A stretch of 38,744 bases of DNA from Octopus bimaculoides. Taxonomy: Eukaryota. The DNA is taken from contig NC_068990.1 of NCBI RefSeq assembly GCF_001194135.2, positions 58,627,980-58,666,723 of the forward strand, read 5' to 3'. This document shows, in pieces, positions 23,100-33,865 of the stretch. The number at the start of each line of letters is the position of its first letter. Position 1 is the first letter of the stretch. Both the position numbers and the translations under genes were made by a program. Under the pieces are notes generated by a model. That model searched no databases. It saw nothing but the letters and a program-made list of their open reading frames with translations, and was not told the origin of the DNA.

Positions 23100-25260
23100 T
23101 TTGAAAAGCAACGAATTATGAGCGTAGTATGAACTTGTAGATTTCTAGGCTTCGCCTGGAAAAATTCAAATCATAAATAACCAATTTGAAGACGAGAATT
23201 GAATATTCTAAAGAAGAACCAATGACTTCTGGCAAAGCTTCAGGAAATATGGTGCCACTGATGAAGTTTTATACAATTTTGTTCACCGAAGGCGTCCAAA
23301 ATAGACCTAATATATTCAATATTTATTTCCCAAAGAATAACACAATATAAGAAATTCACATGGCGGGGGATAAATAAGAAGCCTTATCTTCGAATATAGT
23401 TGCTTTTCTTCTGCCTTTTTAATAAATTTCGATCAAATTCCAGGAGAAAATAAATAATATTAAGGAAAATTCGATATAAATAAATGGTCAAGCTCCAACT
23501 GAAGTGGAAAAAAAATTATCTATTATTTTTCTGGCAGAATGCCTAGTTTGTGTGGTCAGTTGTATGACACGTTGTTTAAGACTTCATCGCCATAGAAATA
23601 ACTTAGCACTATGTGTTGGGTTGGAAACGGCTATGAAGGAAAGCAGTGGATAAGTTACTCCAGCTACGTATGGTAGTTAATGTCAAAGAATGATGAAGAA
23701 TGAGAAAGCGAGATTACAAGAATTTAGTGACACAAACTATCTTGCCATATGCAATAAATAGCTTCAGAAAAGCAATAAACCAACTAGATATGTAGCAATG
23801 TGACTGAATGAAGAAGCAGATCAACTACTAAATACTAACCTAAAGACTTGAAGATTCGGCGAAAGGTTGGCAATGTCAAATATATCACCGTTGAAGGTTT
23901 GCATCAGCAAGATAGGATAGTTGTTAATTAGTCGACATTAACAACTCTGAAAGAGTACAGTATTCAACAAAAGCTAGACTCTATTACAAGTGTAATAATT
24001 GTTTGATACTCGATAGAAAGACGTTGAAAGAAGATGATCTGCAATAATCCATTTCTTTTATCTATTCTACAGTTATGTTTGGTGCAAATCTTAGAAATAG
24101 ACCAGGTTAGTTTGAGCTCAGATTCAAATCGTTCGGACATCCTTCAACAAAGAGAGTTATATTGTTATAAACATTTGTTATAAACATGCTGGAAGAATAG
24201 ATTTAGTGAAATAAAATGCATGAAAATCGGAAATAATCAATGAACTACCAGAATAGATTCAAACAGATGAAAAATCAGAATTAATTTATTAACCAAAATT
24301 AGAAGCAAAACTGGAAAGTATTAGACATACAATCAGATATATTTACACTTGTAGATTTTCACTGAGCTCTTCTAAACGAAGGTTTGCTTCCTTTATTTAA
24401 TAACAGTCAGAAGAAACTGCTAAAAATACAGTATCAGATAATAGTGTCAGAAACTACAACAGAGAGATAAGGAGGCCGATAACAAAAATCTAGAGAATAG
24501 CAGAAATATTCATCTCTACTTCAGATTCTAGTTGTTAGATGTATACGATAACACATGGAAAATACTAACTATAGACCAGAATCCAACATATTTATATCCA
24601 CATTAACACAAGGCCCTTATTAACGACAAGTTGTTTTCATGTTATGAATATTTCCTTCAATCCAGTTGAGGAGATTGTCATTTATCCCATCGATGGATAG
24701 CCTAAGTTTAGAGTATCATAGCAACTAAAGAGAATTTGGAGGTATAAATTCAGAATTGGGATAGCACTGTAACGTAACTCAAAGAAAATAGGCAAGCACC
24801 TACTGGAGGATAGATTAATGAAAATTTATTTTGAACTTGACACTTCTTTATTTCACTCATTAGACTGAGTTGAGCTTTTATCACAATAAAATATCGTAGG
24901 ACTTTGGTCTCAATAAAATACTGATCTAACAATATCTTCTATAAACTAAAGATTTATTACAGAAGACAATGCTCGCTTGGAATGATAAAAATCCCAAAAT
25001 ATCGTCAACGACAATAGTTTGATAATGACTCTTTCTTTTTGTTTAACGCAAGAATCCTATCTCTACGCTCATAGCCTCATGGTTAGATGGTTCCAAAATG
25101 GCTATTGAGTTTTGATCTTTAAACAAACCCGTATGTTTCACAGCTCAAATGAATTATAATCAAACAATTCTTCACAACTTCGGTGACCAGTAGAGAAAAT
25201 TTTATATATATTGCAATTGCGAATAACTAACACTGCTATATTTGCAAAGTTCTTTTGTTT
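23100..25260 (+). mobile_element. Possible very old retroelement relic (DIRS-like RT)
   Basis: About 2 kb of A-rich sequence without microsatellites. The only motif is FLFNARILSLRS*PHG*MVP at 25036-25095, resembling F.F.G..Y.F..LPFGL..AP, with TAG at both Leu positions. Confidence 0.2.
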
Positions 25261-25324
25261 TTCTTTTCTACTTTAGTCTTAGAAGAGTCAAAAAGCCATT
25301 GCTTTATAAGTTCTATTTTTCCTC

Positions 25325-25523
25325 TTTACTTGTTTCAGTCATTAGACTGCAGCCATGTTAGAGCACTACTTTGAAGAAAATTTATTCAAACGAATGATCC
25401 CAGAACTTATTTTTAAACCTGGTACTTATTCTACGGGTCTCCTTCACCGAATCGCAGTGGAACTGAACCTAGAATTATATGGTTCGGAAGCAACCTTTTT
25501 ACCGCGCAGCCACGCCTGCGCCT
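25325..25523 (-). mobile_element. SINE family A with central deletion
   Basis: The tail part (GCAGCCATGTTAGAGCAC...CTATTCTACGGGTCTC) is fused to the head part (reverse complement AGGCGCAGGCGTGGCTGCGCGGTAA...AGGTTCAGTTCC). Confidence 0.75.
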
Positions 25524-25639
25524 TTGAAGAGTTACGAAGTGTAAGACAGTTGGAAAGAAGATATTTCGGATGTCTTAAAGTCGTCTTACACGCAATCGAG
25601 TTGATGATAACTAGGAAGAGGGTATTTCAGTTGATATGA

Positions 25640-26340
25640 CCCTGTCATACAGCAGATTTCAATGAATGCCAAATACACAGTGCCAATGATTATAGAGCAT
25701 TCGAATTGGATATGGATATAAGAATCCCGTAACTCTCAAGAATTTCAGAGGATTTCAAAATTTTCCAGAGGGTCTCCTCTGCACTGTTGAACAGTGGCGT
25801 AGCTGTGTGCTACCTAGAACAGCCTTGAGTTTATCAACCCTGGGTCAAAGCTTATACAGCAGACCCAAAAGCGCCTCTCCCATATGAGTGTCACCTGAAG
25901 AGGACCACCCTCACCCCTAGCTACGCTACGTACTGTTGTTAAAAGTCTTTCTAACGTATGTGGGAATTACGTACAATAAGACAATCCACTCAAGGCATGA
26001 TATATATTCTACAATTCTTCAACCCTGATTGTTAATTAAATTCGTTCGAGAAGAACTTTCCGGAAAACTTTGCTAGGGACAGGAAGGAATACGATACCAC
26101 GCCAGTTGTCAAAGATTCTGTCAGTTATTTTTCTATAGATACTCTTCCATTAGTCATGTGGAATGGTATGATTCTCCCAGATGGTCCTAAAGAGATCAAG
26201 CAGTATTGGTAATGCTGTGGCGTAGCGATGACCCAAGTCAATGAGTTAGTTTATCTCTCTTAGAAATAGCGCACTTCGAATTTTTAAGGGCCTTTCGCAA
26301 TGTCATTCAGTTTTAATTCTTTTATCCATGAATTTGGCTC
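25640..26340 (-). mobile_element. RTE-like LINE reverse transcriptase relic
   Basis: IWENHTIPHD*...DNWRGIVFLPVPSKVFRKVLLERI and, after removing a nested MITE, VRKTFNSAEETLWKIL...SYGIL. These match the NWRGI.LL and D..KAFDSV.R..LWKIL..YGIP motifs. Confidence 0.8.
25792..25935. mobile_element. 144-bp hAT-type MITE nested in the RT relic
   Basis: Ends CAGTGGCGTAGCT and AGCTACGCTACGTACTG, with flanks CTGTTGAA / TTGTTAAA (6 of 8 identical). Confidence 0.7.
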
Positions 26341-27307
26341 GACCTAAATAAGAAATCAATATCTTTGTATCTAATTTGCGTAATACTATTATCTATTTCA
26401 TATAAATTAATGCTCTTTTTATGCATGTTCTGAGTAAGTCTGATTTGTGTTTGTCTAACTTTGCTACGTAATGTACTGTATACACTTCATTTGCATTTAT
26501 CATTATATATTTTGCTCTCTTTCGTTTAATATCACTACTGGAAAGTTGCATGATCAGGAAACAGATACATTAAAATTTACTAATCAAGTCATGGTTATTA
26601 AAGCTGACAAGACGCGGTGCTATAGTCAGTTGTTTTGAGTCTGAACTAACGATTATAGTCACGGGGGTGGGAGAAGAATAGAAGCAGAAGAGTTGGCAGT
26701 AACTCATGAGTTAAATTGATTGCAATGGTCAACTTAAGCAAGATGAAACGCATCGAATTAGTTCCCACTAAGTCATTTTTATTTTACTTCATATGTACTC
26801 TATAAACCGTTCACTGGTAGCTTGCTTTCAGCCTGAGTATTCAACCATAAATGCTACGTGCTTGATATGCCAACCGGTGAATTTCACAAAAGGCAGAAAG
26901 ATACAAGATTATGTATTTGACAAGAGTGCTGCATCTGACATTGTTGGTGTTCTATATGTATTAAGCAGCATGTTCTTAGCTGCACAGAACTGTTTCCACA
27001 TGGTCGCTTGCATCAGTTTACCCCTCGTAGTGACAAGTAAGGAGGTGTTAACAACCACATCAACCAGTAAGAAGCAGCTAGCACTACATCAGCGCAAAGT
27101 AGCTGACTGACAGAGGAATCAAAGCAATTTCCGTGTGCAGAACAAACATCAAAGCAATTACTTTTGTCAAAGAAATCCACGAAGAAATAAAGATTTCCCT
27201 GTCATAATTATTAGAAAACATTATTGGCAAGACTCACAATTGCTTATTTTCAAAATGATTTCTCCTGAACAGATTTTCAATTTGTGAAAGTATATGTAAT
27301 ATTTGTG

Positions 27308-27612
27308 CGAAGGTGCGTGGTTTATTAGTTAGATTGTTGCACTCACGCTCAACTGATCGTTGGTTCGATTCCCGGAACAAGCGGTGCGTTGTGTTCTGAA
27401 GCAAAAACACTAGATTTCACGTTACTCCAGTCCAGTCAGCTGTAAACGGGTAGCGCTGCAACGGAATACACTTCCGATCAAGGGGCATGTTGGCCTTATC
27501 GCCTTGCCAGCGGGGTAGCATCTTTCGAAAGCTACTACGATGCAATGTGCATTGTGACCGGAGATGTATAACAAATCCGATAGTCTTCCCGATCACATGA
27601 TCACGTGATAAA
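27308..27612 (+). mobile_element. tRNA-derived SINE (family C)
   Basis: B box GGTTCGATTCC and a central GTTGTGTTCTGAAGCAAAAACACT...CAGCTGTAAACGGGTA block resembling the CORE-type SINE domain. Possible target duplication TAATATTT / TAATGTTT. Confidence 0.72.
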
Positions 27613-27781
27613 TAATGTTTAGAGCACTTTGATATACTTAGACTGCCTCGTGTTGAATAGTTATATAAGGCTTCTACAACTTGAAATGGAATAAGGAATG
27701 CATTAATTTCAGTCTCACATAACAAAGATTGTTAAGAACTTCTACTAGTAAACAGATTCTATTAACAGATTCTTTCAGCAA

Positions 27782-28140
27782 GATGGGGCTGTGTGGTAAG
27801 AAATTTGCTTCTCAGTCACATGTATACGGGTTCAGTCCCACTACATGACACCTTAGGTAAGTGCCTTCTATTGTAGCTTCGAAATGAACAAAGGCTTGTG
27901 AGTGGACCTGGTAGATGTTGTGTGTGTGAGTGTGTGTGTGTGTGTCTTTGTGTCTTTGTGTTTGTATTTGGTACTTGTCAACTGGTGTTGGCGCGTTTGT
28001 CTCCGATACTAGCAGTTCAGCAAAAGAGAACCGCTTGAACAAGCACCAGATTTTTTTAAATATAAGTACTGGGTTCGATTCCTTCACCTAAAATTGTTCA
28101 AGGTGGCGCCCCAGCATGGTTGCAGGATCATAATTGAAAT
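27782..28140 (+). mobile_element. Full-length SINE family A
   Basis: Head GGCTGTGTGGTAAG and B box GGGTTCAGTCCC, an internal (TG)n, and a 3' half ending GGTGGCGCCCCAGCATGG...TGAAATAAAT. Confidence 0.85.
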
Positions 28141-28276
28141 AAATATAAATAATAGACAAAAGCAAACAAATTCTATTGCACAATCTTTGACAAATATCTA
28201 ATGTATTTTTATCTGGGAAAACATATTCCAAAACGCCATATATTTTACTATAACATATATACTTGTTTTAAATATA

Positions 28277-28789
28277 CGAGGTCTGAACAAAGAGTATCGA
28301 GACAGGACTAAAGTACGTAAAGAGAAGTTGTTTGGTACGGATTGGCCTTGACCTCTGTCACATATACACACTAAAAGCGTCTTTGCTCGCTTCCGTTGTT
28401 TATAACAGCGCTTGAAAGTAAAGTGTGTAGAGGTGGACATCTCAGAAAGATGATCGGTTTTCAGCTGCGCAGTATCTCCTTGATTGTGTTGAGAAGGACG
28501 AAAAATGTCATAAAAGGTGACGAACCATGGGTCTATGGCTAAAATCAAATCCCAATTGAACGGAACAAGATTTCGCGACATCGAGAAAATCCAAGAGAAT
28601 GCAACGAGGCAGCTGCTCGCTCCCCCAAAAAAGGAGTTCCAGGAATGCTTCCATCAGTGGAATCGACATTGGATACATTGTGTAGCTTCAGAAGAGGACT
28701 ACTTCGAAGGAGATTAAATGCCGAATTAATGTGTGTTGTAGTTTTCTTTTTATAGCGCCAGTCCCGATGTTTTTTTAATCAGTAATGGG
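28277..28789 (+). mobile_element. Internally deleted mariner (about 510 bp)
   Basis: TA followed by CGAGGTCTGAACAAAGAGTATCGAGAC, with a degenerate 3' TIR CAGTCCCGATGTTTTTT. GDEPWVYG is joined to KIKSQLNGTRFRDIEKIQ...FQECFHQW...YFEGD*. Confidence 0.85.
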
Positions 28790-29074
28790 TAACTTTCAAT
28801 TAGTTAGCATCTGTTAAAGGTTCTCAAAAGTTGCGCTACAAGTGGTATCGAGATGCGTTGCCGATCTTGAAAAGTATAATAATCTAACGTGTTAGAAAAT
28901 TCAAACTTGAAAAGGAAAATCGTGGTGTTGGTAATTTTGTTATATAAAAATATGATTTATTTAATAAAGTAAGCATCCTTTACTAATTTCTACATTTCAA
29001 AAAGAAGAAAATTCTTTTCAAATTTCCATACCAAGTCTGACAGTCATTTCACACACACACACACACACACACAA

Positions 29075-29083
29075 ATAATAATG

Positions 29084-29151
<68 letters not shown>

Positions 29152-29290
29152 TTCTTATGTAACGAGAAGATGGATTTGGTATTAATCTTTATTTTGCACA
29201 ATGGTCATTTCGATCCATCCCTTATGGGTGGGATTCCGTTCAACATGTGTCGCATTCATTTTGCAGTCTGAGTCTCATTAGGTACATCCA
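29075..29290 (-). mobile_element. PLE-type terminal repeat with degenerate hammerhead, AATAAA and (ATT)n tail
   Basis: Reverse complement aligns with 31408-31572 along its length. The core reads CTAATGA...GAAA. Confidence 0.78.
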
Positions 29291-29485
29291 GTGCAAATAT
29301 TAACCACGTAACGCATCACAGTAACAATGACCGGAAAGATAACTTTGCTAACCAACCAACACATGGTAGCCGTAACAACTCAAACACACCCAGAAATAAT
29401 AAAAATAGTAATAGGGAAGCCACGAGCACGAATGTAAATGGACGAACGGACGGGTACCGGCTGTACACACGCAAACAAGACTGAC

Positions 29486-29928
29486 AATCTATGCTCATGC
29501 AGCGACCGTTCGAAATGTCCTCTGGGTAACCAATGAAAGACCCGAAATGTGGTGTACAAGTGTACTGTAAATACTAGAAGCGGACAGTACGTATATATCG
29601 GTGCATTGGCTGATATTTTCAAAACCAGATATAGAAACCACATCGCCAGTTTTCGAAAAATCGTTAAACGACGCGCAACATCACTGGCCGATTTCGTTTG
29701 GCGACTCAAGGAAGAGAAGCTAAAGTATGACTTGACCTGATCAATAAATAGACACGTGAGTCCCTATAACACACTATCCCAGAAATCCCAGCCATGTTCC
29801 GAGGAATCACATTCAATATTGTTGACTTAAAGAGCGTATTATAAATAGATTGATTTCCTGAACGACTGCCCAGATGCATGCATACAACTAAACACATGTT
29901 CACCCAGAACAATGCAGACCGCACCTAA
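29486..29928 (+). mobile_element. Penelope-like element GIY-YIG endonuclease pseudogene fragment
   Basis: NLCSCSDRSKCPLGNQ*KTRNVVYKCTVNTRSGQYVYIGALADIFKTRYRNHIASF...SLADFVWRLKE...YDLT*SI...RCMHTTKHMF. TGA stops fall at conserved Cys (29534) and Trp (29738) positions. Confidence 0.9.
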
Positions 29929-30665
29929 CCGATATAAACTATAACCCCGACAACTCGGATTACCCCCTCCCTTCTACCACCACTGAGTGAAAGCATCATG
30001 AACTGCAACCATGGAGCTTATACTAAGGAAGGATCAGATGTAAACGCTACATGTATTTAGGTACGTTCGTATAGAACACTTGCAGAACGCAACAGTAACT
30101 AGAGTATAGCCTTTTCAAAAAACGTAATAGACTGGTTAACTGAAGAGACTAAAATTTGCTTTATTGTGTTGATTATGTTTAGACACAGTTATATTTATAA
30201 ATGTTCCTACATGATACCTTTGGAACGCAACTGTGAGTCACTGGAATATGCAAAAACTAAAAGATACTAAAGCATAGCCTCTATATTAACGTAATGGATG
30301 AATTATCTAAAGAGGCAAAAATATGGCATTCTATATCTTTACACTTGTGTGCAGATATTGATGTTTATATATGTTCAGATATCGTAACCTTACAATGCAG
30401 CTATATATTAATAAAATATGTCAACAAATAGTTACTACTCGAAAAACTAACGAGCCAGCAGAGATGTATAGATGTAAACGGGATGCAGGAATGTGTATGT
30501 GTATGCGTGCAAGTATATGTGTGCGTGTGTGCGTGTGTGCCTGTGTAGATATATGTACACATGTGTGTCTGTGTGTGTGTGTGTGTGTGAGGTTGTGTGC
30601 GTGTATACGTACGCGCAGGTATGTGCATTAATGTGGGTCACATATGTATGTGTGTGTATATACAC

Positions 30666-30721
<56 letters not shown>

Positions 30722-30903
30722 TTGGATATATGCGTGTATATATATATATGGGCATATGCGTATACCTGTCTGTGTGTTTGTGTGCGTGCGCATGTGTGCG
30801 TGTATATATAAACATATGTATGTAGGAGTGTACGTGTAGTATATGTATGTGAAGAAATATACATGTGTGTGCGTATATATAGGTGTAGGGTTGTGTGATT
30901 CAC

Positions 30904-31017
30904 CCTCGATGATATAGATGTGGAGCGAGTCAGACTGTCTGCGAGCTGCCCTAGTCTTGAGGTGACTGCGATGACAGACTTCAGGTGAGGTAATCTTCCA
31001 GCCATAAATTATACGAA
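30904..31017 (-). CDS. Candidate 114-nt symmetric exon (E2)
   Basis: GC-richer island between microsatellites, with acceptor ATTTCGTCCGTAG| and donor AGG|GTGAAT. Reads (V)RIIYGWKITSPEVCHRSHLKTRAARRQSDSLHIYIIE(x). A competing plus-strand exon reading exists in the same island. Confidence 0.25.
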
Positions 31018-31411
31018 CTACGGACGAAATTGACCATATGGGCGGGTGGGCCAACGTCCCTTGTGTGAGTATATGTATGAGCGGGTGTGTGTGAATGTGT
31101 GTATATGCATCCCGACCTAAGCCAGATAGCTAAACAGCCCTTCGTCCCCAAGACATTTTATATATATATATATATCTTCCCTTCGCTTGTTTTAAACCCA
31201 ATGTAACTCAGTCTATCCCTGTCCATCCATTCAATCCCCCTACATTTTTTTAACAGTTAAATTGTCTATATCTACAAATGTTTGCAATTCCTATAATGTA
31301 AATATAATAGTAATTGAAAATTGTAGCAATGTTTCTTTTCCTAACCAAACGGGCATATAACATGACAGCCTAAACTCAAGATCTTTAGACAGACACAATT
31401 TTATATATGGA

Positions 31412-31520
31412 TGTAGCTGATGAGGCCCAGACTGCAACATAGATGTAACTCATGTTGAACGGAATCCCCCATATCGGAACATTAGCAGGATGGGTCGAAA
31501 CAACCGTTGTACAAAATAAA
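31412..31520 (+). ncRNA. Type I hammerhead ribozyme motif with extended stem II, followed by AATAAA
   Basis: CTGATGA at 31417-31423; stem II GGCCCA/TGGGTC (31424-29 / 31491-96); GAAA at 31497-31500; stem I TGTA(G)/(G)TACA; AATAAA at 31515-20. Confidence 0.75.
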
Positions 31521-31573
31521 GATTGATACCCAATTCATTTTCTCGTTACATTTGAAATTATTATTATTATTAA

Positions 31574-32089
31574 GGGCTAAAGTCAAACACTTTCCTCTTT
31601 GGCCAAGGCTTCATCCACTTTTTCAAGTTCCACTTGAAAAGGAGGATGAGAGTAGAGAGGGAACTGTTGTCTCATAGCAAATTTGTTGAAAGATGGGTGA
31701 CTGTTGGAAGAATGGCCAGTATAAACGGACCAATTCTGAGAATACACCTGTAGAAAAAAAGGTAATGTAAAAGGAGAAAGGGCTCTATACTCCTTTCTTA
31801 TTTTTTCTGACCAGGCTCCCGTGGTTTTATGGGTTTTTTCCACGTATAGCCTTTCCTTTTTCGAAGCGCCTCGCCACTTGGGAGTTCTATTTATATATTT
31901 ATTTATTTATCTATTTATTTGTTATATCTTTCTCCGTTTTCTTCCTCTGTTTAGACGAACGTTTCTACCTTTTCGGACAAAACCTTTTGTAACCTTCGTC
32001 CTGTCTTTGTCCTTATATGTTTTTAATTGATATTAGCCCTTGTGGCCAATAAAACGAATTAATTATTATTATTATTATCATTATTATTG

Positions 32090-32169
<80 letters not shown>
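31574..32169 (+). mobile_element. 3' end of a probable L1/Tx1-clade LINE with (TAT)n tail
   Basis: Open 60-codon frame at 31574-31753, GLKSNTFLFGQGFIHFFKFHLKRRMRVERELLSHSKFVERWVTVGRMASINGPILRIHL*, then a T-rich 3' UTR, AATAAA at 32048-53 and a (TAT)n tail. The clade call comes from recalled Tx1-type C-termini (..K.R.ER..L....F..RW). Confidence 0.6.
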
Positions 32170-32171
<2 letters not shown>

Positions 32172-32719
32172 CTCGGATCTAGTCAAACTGATTCACAAAA
32201 TCTGCATTTTTTTAAAAGGAAGTAAAAAAAATCTGAAAATCAGATATATTAATGTAGTTTTCCACACTTATTGCTATGAAGGCATGATGTTGTGGAGAAA
32301 ACATTGGAGGGAAAAGTTACAGAGGTTTAAAAGTCGAAAAAACCGTGTATTTTTAGCCAGTAGTGAGACAGAAATTTTCTGTACTTATCAGAGTCAACTT
32401 TGGAGTTGTACCCTGTGAAATTTACAGTTTAGCGTCTGTGAAATGACCTGTTGATTGTAGGTTTCTAAATAAACAGAAATACCTAATAAAATCAGCATGT
32501 TTCTTTTGTCTTTTCATTGATTTGTCTAGTGTTTTGTATTTTTTTTAATTTTTTTTTTCTCATTTGTTGTATTGATATATTTGTCTGCATGTGTTTACTT
32601 TATGCGTATTTCTGTGTAATGTATACCTGTCATGTCTTTGCGTACATCATTAATATATAAGTGCATGTGAATGGATGGATGGATTCATATATAAGTTTGT
32701 ATGTACATTTATGCATCCA

Positions 32720-32813
<94 letters not shown>

Positions 32814-32896
32814 TTTGAAAAGGGGACGTGTGTGTCCAAAATTCCAAAGTTGAGTAACGTTTTTATGCTCTGATTTCTAAACTACGATAAGAATAA

Positions 32897-33360
32897 CACT
32901 GGTCAACAGGGAATTTGTCCCAAAGATAAGAATACTTGTATCTTGTATGTTTTTGCATGCAGAATTCAAAAATAATGTCAAATAATCTCTATCAGCCACA
33001 GTTTCTCAGTTCCACGATATCTCTCTCAGTTCCTGTTACGTGGGCTAAATTTCAGTTAAGCTGTTGAAATGTGAAGCTAACGGTTTAAGAAATACTCCTA
33101 ATATAATTTATTATGAATAGAATTAACCGAGTGAAATTATAAATCCAGCTATCTGAGTCAATGAGTTCCTGAAGCTTGGCAATACTGAGTCAATAAGTCA
33201 CCTATGCTTTGTCAGTACTGTGCTTGAAGTGAAGGTGTGCAGTTGTGTACTTAGTTCACATATTCCATTCACCTTCATAATGCCAAGAAACTGTATAAAC
33301 ATCGCAAGCAACTTTTGCTATATATGAAAAATATGCAAAATATTGAGACAGTTGACGAAA
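32897..33360 (+). mobile_element. 5' end of a probable Chapaev (Chapaev3-type) DNA transposon
   Basis: TAA|CACTGGTCAACAG terminus. The ATG at 33280 reads MPRNCINIASNFCYI*, like the MPR.C.N..D.FCYICG transposase start I recall for this group. Confidence 0.55.
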
Positions 33361-33629
33361 AATATCTATAATAAAATTCTAATTGATAAATATAAATTTT
33401 TATGAAGACAAACACGCGGGTAAAGTAAATATCATGGTGAAAAGAATCAACACAACACAACGTGCAGGTGAAGTGAAACACAACACAACGTGCGGTTGTC
33501 ATGGGAACAAGCTGTTAATGACTTGCTGTCTGTTGATTTGCTAAAATCATTCAAATTTCCCAACTTTAATTCCAAATAACATCAGATTCTTTAATTTAAG
33601 AGATAAAGTAATTGGTTGATCGTAATCAA

Positions 33630-33865
33630 AATTCAGAGTTGCATCGATACACCAAAATTCAAAGCAATCTGAACAAATCAAAGGGGGCTGATCTTGTGAA
33701 TCAGTTTAACTAGACCCATTATTTCAACTAACACTGCAGAGTTCCTGAAGTAGATCCAACGGAAAGACACCCCAACTACAGATGACACTAGGAAGCCCAA
33801 ACTGTGCCAGTGCTCTACTAAATACTTGAACACACTAATCGACATATAGCCATTAGTCCAAAATA
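33630..33865 (+). mobile_element. Possible PLE reverse transcriptase relic
   Basis: With frameshifts: PK...SEQIK, LGSPNCAS, LNTLIDI*PLVQNI. These resemble PKIHKS...GP.CPT..LS..LD.LL.PLV. Weak. Confidence 0.25.

Noticed and set aside
23257-23300. CTGATGAAG...CCGAAGGCGTC hammerhead look-alike
   Set aside because: There is no GAAA and no credible stem I or stem II.
26139-26208. Plus-strand exon-like unit TTTTTCTATAG|...|GTAATG reading TLPLVMWNGMILPDGPKEIKQY
   Set aside because: It is the antisense of the RTE reverse transcriptase relic (IWE...NWRGI).
27308-28140. tRNA-like A/B boxes as tRNA genes (also 8925-9137, 34694-34912)
   Set aside because: There is no complete cloverleaf or acceptor stem, and they continue into repeated SINE bodies.
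29992-30045. CTGAGTGA-AAGC...GCTT hairpin after the PLE ORF
   Set aside because: It sits where a terminal-repeat hammerhead could be, but it has no GAAA box or stem I partner.
30918-30984. Plus-strand exon candidate VERVRLSASCPSLEVTAMTDF with CAG|GTGAGG donor
   Set aside because: The acceptor is weak, it overlaps the minus-strand candidate E2, and no partner exons are established.
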